From Octopus vulgaris (lineage: Eukaryota), in the NCBI GenBank assembly GCA_951406725.2, contig OX597815.1, positions 35,464,001 through 35,528,000 on the forward strand: a DNA stretch of 64,000 nucleotides, given 5' to 3'. Shown in pieces: positions 58,731-64,000 of this stretch. Both the position numbers and the translations under genes were made by a program. A model generated the notes under the pieces. It was not told the DNA's origin and ran no database searches. It saw nothing but the letters and a program-made list of their open reading frames with translations. Each line of letters opens with the position of its first letter. Position 1 is the first letter of the stretch.

Positions 58731-61700
58731 TAGTGGTGTAAGCCACGGAGCCTCCACAGAATACAGGTCTTCTTTTTTTTTCTTTTTTCTTTTTTTCGAT
58801 TTCTCTGACTTACCCTCTTGTTTTTCGAAAGGTATTTGAAACTGGCTCGTTTTTATAACTTATTTCCTTGCTCGCCTTCATCTTCATCTCCTTTTCCTCT
58901 TGATCAGCCCCATCTTATTTCTTTCATCCCTCTTTCTTGCTTTCCTTTTCTTGTGAAAAATGACGTTCGAATGTAAAGTGGGCTCTCTTAATACATGTGG
59001 GTGAAAGGTACCCCGATTCGTTTTATTTTGGGAGAGTAATAACCGATCGTGTATCGTAAGAGATCTATTCAATCAATACCCAATTATTCTGTTGTCCCAC
59101 TTACATCTGCAGCTTCTATAACACTGTATATAACAAGTTAACATCTGAATCAAAAGCTCAGCGATGCAGGCCAGGAATAATGTATTGCAGTTCAATTGTT
59201 CCAATCTTTCCCCAGTTTTAAAAAATGATTTCGGCAAATGTTATTCTAACCCCTACGAGCCAAATCATATTGAGGTCTACATATAAATCAAACCATTAAA
59301 TATCAAGGACTTGGTCAGTTCGTAAAAAGGGAAAACATTCTCAACTTCCTCTGTAGTCTTACAATACTTCCCTTACACTGACGTTAGATACAGGAAACAA
59401 TCAAGGTAAACTTCTAGATCTTTCCCCACACCGAAGAAATACCCTAGTTTCCAAAAAAAACTCAAACACGTGTGGTTCCCCTCATGGCCGCAGCTACTAC
59501 ATGGGAAACAATAATTTCATCAAGATATTTAGCGTGATTAGAACCTTGAATTTTAAATTGAGGAATTTAACCAAGGAGTAGGGGCCGAAACTGGACGTGG
59601 TTCATCCTGATGATGTCTTGAGCTAATTGGATCCTATAAAGGAGCAGACCACGAAACACGGTTGAAATTCCTCAGGAAAAGATACGGAGAATTCACATAT
59701 TAATTGCTTCATTTATTTACAATTATTATTACGAAGTTCAACATTTTTGTCAATGTTATAGACAATGTACACATCCAGAGCTAACAAAGGGCGTACCATT
59801 GTATCCTTCCAAACAGTTACTGCTTCACAGAGTATCGAGAATGACGTACAGTATTTCTTAATCTACAGCTTTTTGTTTAGCATTCATCTGTAATGTCAAA
59901 TAATTACTTCAACTCCGTATGAATAATTACTGTTGCAAATTAATTAAATTCATCTAAATATTTTAGTGTCTAACTTTTCGATAATAATGGTTCCATACAT
60001 TTTTAAAACAAGTTCTTGCGGTTAATTAGCTATCAATTGAAGGCGGCGAATTGGCAGAATCGTTCTGACAAAATGCATTTCGCTACATTTCTTCAGGCTC
60101 TTTGTTCTAAGCTCAAATTCAGTCGTAGTCAACTTTGCCTTTCATCCTTTCCGGATCGATAAACTTCGTTCAAAATTAATGGTCTTATGCCAAAATTAGA
60201 AAGAACAGTCTGTCACTGTTATGAGTCAAAAGAATTGGTAAAACAATTGAACAAGCTGTTCATTCCTACCAAAAAGACCTTCGTGGGACTTAATTCTACA
60301 GTGAGGTCAAACGTATAAGGATATATAATTTATCCGTAACCTACGTTGTATTGCTTTTTAATTAAACTTGAACTATTATGTAAATGAGATTAAGTCACAT
60401 GCTTGTTTACTTTTTAATGTGTAGTCTTCTGTGACATTCGGCATTTTGTGAAAGAGAGACATTCAAATCCTGGTGGTTTCTTAAATAACAATGAAGCTAA
60501 TCGCTTCGATCCTCATTCCAAACAACCGAAAATCCCTCCTGTGTCTTAAATTTACAGCAAGACTCACTACATATGACTTATTATGACTGCTATTTCATAG
60601 GAAAGAAGGGAGGCAATTTCCATCAAAATCTATTTTTTTTAGAGTTGCTTCCCTTTATAAAGTAAACAATCATGGCGTCGTCCTTTAAACATGTTGGTTT
60701 GAAGGCACGTTACGCGCAAGGTGCGTGTCATTTCTCTATGTCCAAATTATTGTCACCTTCATCACATCATCGACAACGTTCTTTAATACCTACTACTGCT
60801 GTACATACAATGACAGTAAGTATAAATTCGACTGTAAATTCCATTCAAAGTTCAAAAGTATGATATTCCGTGAATGTCACCTTACAGATTTGTATTTATG
60901 TTTGGTGTTTCTCTTAATATTTACTGATAGCTTATTGTGAGGGGACTTTTGAAGTTTAGAGGGTAGAGATGTGAATGACATTTTCCTGCATCCGTTTTTA
61001 TCTTTAAATAATTACACTTATTGCCATATATTTGCATGTATTTCTTTATCTGCTTGAGAAGTGCAGTGCTCGTAGCCTTTTCACATCCTCCTAACATGTA
61101 TAATATAAAATTATATACGTCTTCCTTTTGTGTTATTGAGGGTCACTAAATGGCTCGTATCCTGTGACTAGCGCTAGACAATGTCCTCAACAACGACACA
61201 GTTTACGCGGGTCAAATCCATCAGCTGAGGGAAAGCACTGTGTTGTCCGACTTGTTCGAAATGGGTGGGTCGAATTTCCCTCAAATCACCAACTACCGTT
61301 TTAAACAAGAAAGATCCATTAAATCATGTATTCCTACATATCTCTCCAAAATAAAATGTGATGGCCACAACTAATCAGCAACAACAACCTCACTAACTAC
61401 ATACTGAAGTGCATATCACCCATTAAACGGTGGAGACGTGTTCATTAACATGTAAAGCGGAGTAAATTAGAAATGAATGAACTCCACCACTTCGAGATGC
61501 CCGATGTATACTAGATAGAGTTATGCCTGTCATTCGTATTTCGTTCTTCTCTTTCTCTTCTATTATCATTCCATTCATATCTAAGATGCATTATAGGAAT
61601 AATTCAACCCCAACAGTGGACTGGTACTTTTACTTTAGTCACTTCAAAAGTTAAATTTGGCAAGATTTTAATTCAGAATGAAAGAACTTTGCCAAAATAT

Positions 61701-61752
61701 GACCAGGCATTTTAGCCATAACTCTAAACTTTCATCCAATCCACTGCCTTAA

Positions 61753-62985
61753 TCATCATCGTTTAACGTCCGTTCTCCATGCTAGCATGGGTTGGACGGT
61801 TCGACCGGGATCCAAGGTAGTTTGGATGAACTGGGGCTTCTGTGAAGTTGGTGCAGGAAACAGCCATAAACTCACACATCTCTCCTCATTCATCCATAGT
61901 ACATGACCATACCAGCGCAGACGTCTCTCTTGCACGCCACGTCTGATGCTTCTTATGTCCAGCATTTCTCTCAGGGTGCTTTCACTCTGTCGTGTGTGCA
62001 CACTGACATTACACATCTAGCGGATCATGCTAGCTTCATTTCTTTCAAGCCTACGCATGTCCTCTGCAGTCACAGCCCATGTTTCACTACCGTGAAGCGT
62101 GGCAGATCACATACATGCATCGTACAATCTACCTTTCATTCTGAGCGAGAGGCCCTTTGTCACCAGTAGGGGTAGAAGCTTTCTAAACTTTGCCCAGGCT
62201 ATTCGTATTCTAGTGGTGACACTCTCTGAACATCCACCTTCACTACTAACTTGGTCACCCAGGTAGCGGAAACTATCAACTACTTCTAGTTTCTCTCCCT
62301 GGAGTGTGATGGAATCTGTTTTCTGAGTATCTGTGATGTCTATTGCACCTGTGCATCTGCCGCACATGAAAGCTATCTTCTCAGTTAATTTTCCTTTGAT
62401 GTTGCTGCACCTCTTATGCGTCCATAGCTTATACTGGGTACATCTTATGGAGTTTCTACCTACACCTTTTCTACAGATTGAACAGGGCCAGTTACTTGAG
62501 GGGGTGTGTGATGAGTTCGCTTTCTTACTTACTATAACTTTGGTCTTTGCTACATTGACTCTTGTAGTTGTCGAACCAGGAATATGGCATCAGTGGTGCT
62601 TCTACCTAGCACAAAACCAAACTGCATCTCATCTTAGCAGACTCTCTCCCTAATGAGATGGGCTATGACCCTCTCTGTGACCTTCATCACCTGATCTAAC
62701 AGTTTAATACCCCTGTAGTTATTTCTATCTAGAGCATCACCATTACCCTTGTAGCAGTTGACTATGGTGCTGCTATGCCAGTCATTGGGTATGACTCCAT
62801 TATGAACTACCTGGTTTACAATGTGGGTGACTAGGCCATAGTCCACACCACCAGATGTTTTAAGCATCTCAGCAGTGATTCCTGATGGGCTGGGGGCTTT
62901 TTCTGGCTTCATACCCTTAACTGTTTTATCTATAAGGGAGCTGTCTATTCAGATAGCTAGTCCCTCTACTGGGTCAACATTTAGC
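61753..62985 (-). mobile_element. RTE-group LINE fragment with internal deletion and Cys-rich (PHD-like) insert
   Basis: KAPSPSGITAEMLK...NYRGIKLLDQVMKVTERV, WPCSICRKGVG...WTHKRC...MCGRC, FRYLGD and RLRWYGHV. The 3' tail is CCATGCTAGCATGG...(GAT)n. The RT core is absent between ~62560 and ~62635. Confidence 0.9.
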
Positions 62986-63772
62986 AGGCTAAATTTTGCG
63001 ATCAGCGAAGATCATAAATTGATCTTTTTTCCAAAAATGAGCAATTTCAGTACAACAAAAATGGTAGTAGCTAATCATAAAAATCTAAGGTCATTTTCAG
63101 AATCAGCACCATCAAATAAGCTACAAAAACATGTTCTGTTTCTTGGCACCAAAAATTGTGTTGACCAGTGTTATTAGTGATGGAAGCAGTATCAGTACTA
63201 AAAGGCAGTCTTTATATTCAACTTCATATGGATCTCTTGTTAGAATACCAAATACTGAGGTATTCATCTTGAGAGGTCCTCTCTAACATTTTATCTTTCT
63301 GAGAATAAGCAGCTATATAGGCCCTAGAGGTCTGATTTATTCCCTCTTGTAAAAATTAATTTTTGTGCTTCGTTGAAAAGAAGTCCTAATTATGTCTTAA
63401 TTATGTCATTACACAGGAATCAAACCCAGATCACTCGTCACAACGGTTATTTTCAGGCATCCAGCCAACATCAGATGTTCCACATTTAGGCAATTATATT
63501 GGTGCTATCAAGAACTGGGTCAGTCTACAGGGCAAACACTCTTCAGTAATCCTCAGTTTAGTTGACCTTCATACAATTACACTGCCTCACAAACCTCAAC
63601 AGCTCAGGTAGGTGTGAAAGCATTAAGAAACATTTTCATTGAAATAACTGCTTTGAAACATGTACCAAATTATCTGTTCATTTGTCTTAATTCCATTAGA
63701 ATTTGATATGAAGTGTGCTGTAGTTTTAACTAAGATTTGGGTTTTAAATATCATGGATATTTAAATATTTAA

Positions 63773-63982
63773 CCCTTTCGTTACCAAACCGGCTCTGGCT
63801 CTGAGTACAAATATCTTGTTTTCATAAGTTTTGAATTAAAATCTTCCACCAAACCTTAGTCACAATTTATGTTCCTAACACTAGCTGAATGTTAACTAAG
63901 TTATTTTGATAAACTCTTTGTTATATTTAAAGTAATTGAAAGAAACACAGAGCATCTCAAAATAAATACAGTAACAAAAGGG
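63773..63982. mobile_element. piggyBac-type MITE (210 bp)
   Basis: TTAA occurs at 63769-63772 and 63983-63986. The terminal inverted repeats are CCCTTTCGTTAC and GTAACAAAAGGG (11/12 match). Confidence 0.85.
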
Positions 63983-64000
63983 TTAATGAAGCTGACTGGC

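Noticed and set aside
59600-59670. CTGATGA...GAAAC hammerhead-like string
   Set aside because: Stems I and III pair poorly; at best a decayed copy.

Overview
This is AT-rich, microsatellite-dense eukaryotic DNA, not prokaryotic. The SINE, LINE and microsatellite make-up resembles a coleoid cephalopod (octopus) intergenic or intronic region; that assignment is an inference. I find no convincing host protein-coding exon, and almost all ORFs in the track are translations of microsatellites. The real coding remnants all belong to transposons: Penelope-like elements (PLEs; one RT fragment and three GIY-YIG endonuclease fragments), CR1-like, RTE and R4/Dong-like LINEs, and a decayed pogo/Tigger transposase. 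Non-coding elements include two non-autonomous Helitrons, a piggyBac-type MITE and many tRNA-derived SINEs. The most striking structure is a ~4 kb near-perfect palindrome (10504-14551) built from a PLE endonuclease plus 3' UTR, with a hammerhead ribozyme near each outer end. The same layout, (TA)n / short unpaired tail / inverted arms / (TA)n, recurs four times at different scales. About ten minimal hammerhead-like motifs can be read by eye, several with non-canonical cores. Other oddities are a 9x48-bp array of SINE A-box heads, a duplicated pseudoknot in an RTE 5' region and a G.U-rich pre-miRNA-like hairpin. All motif and family calls were made by eye and need computational confirmation.
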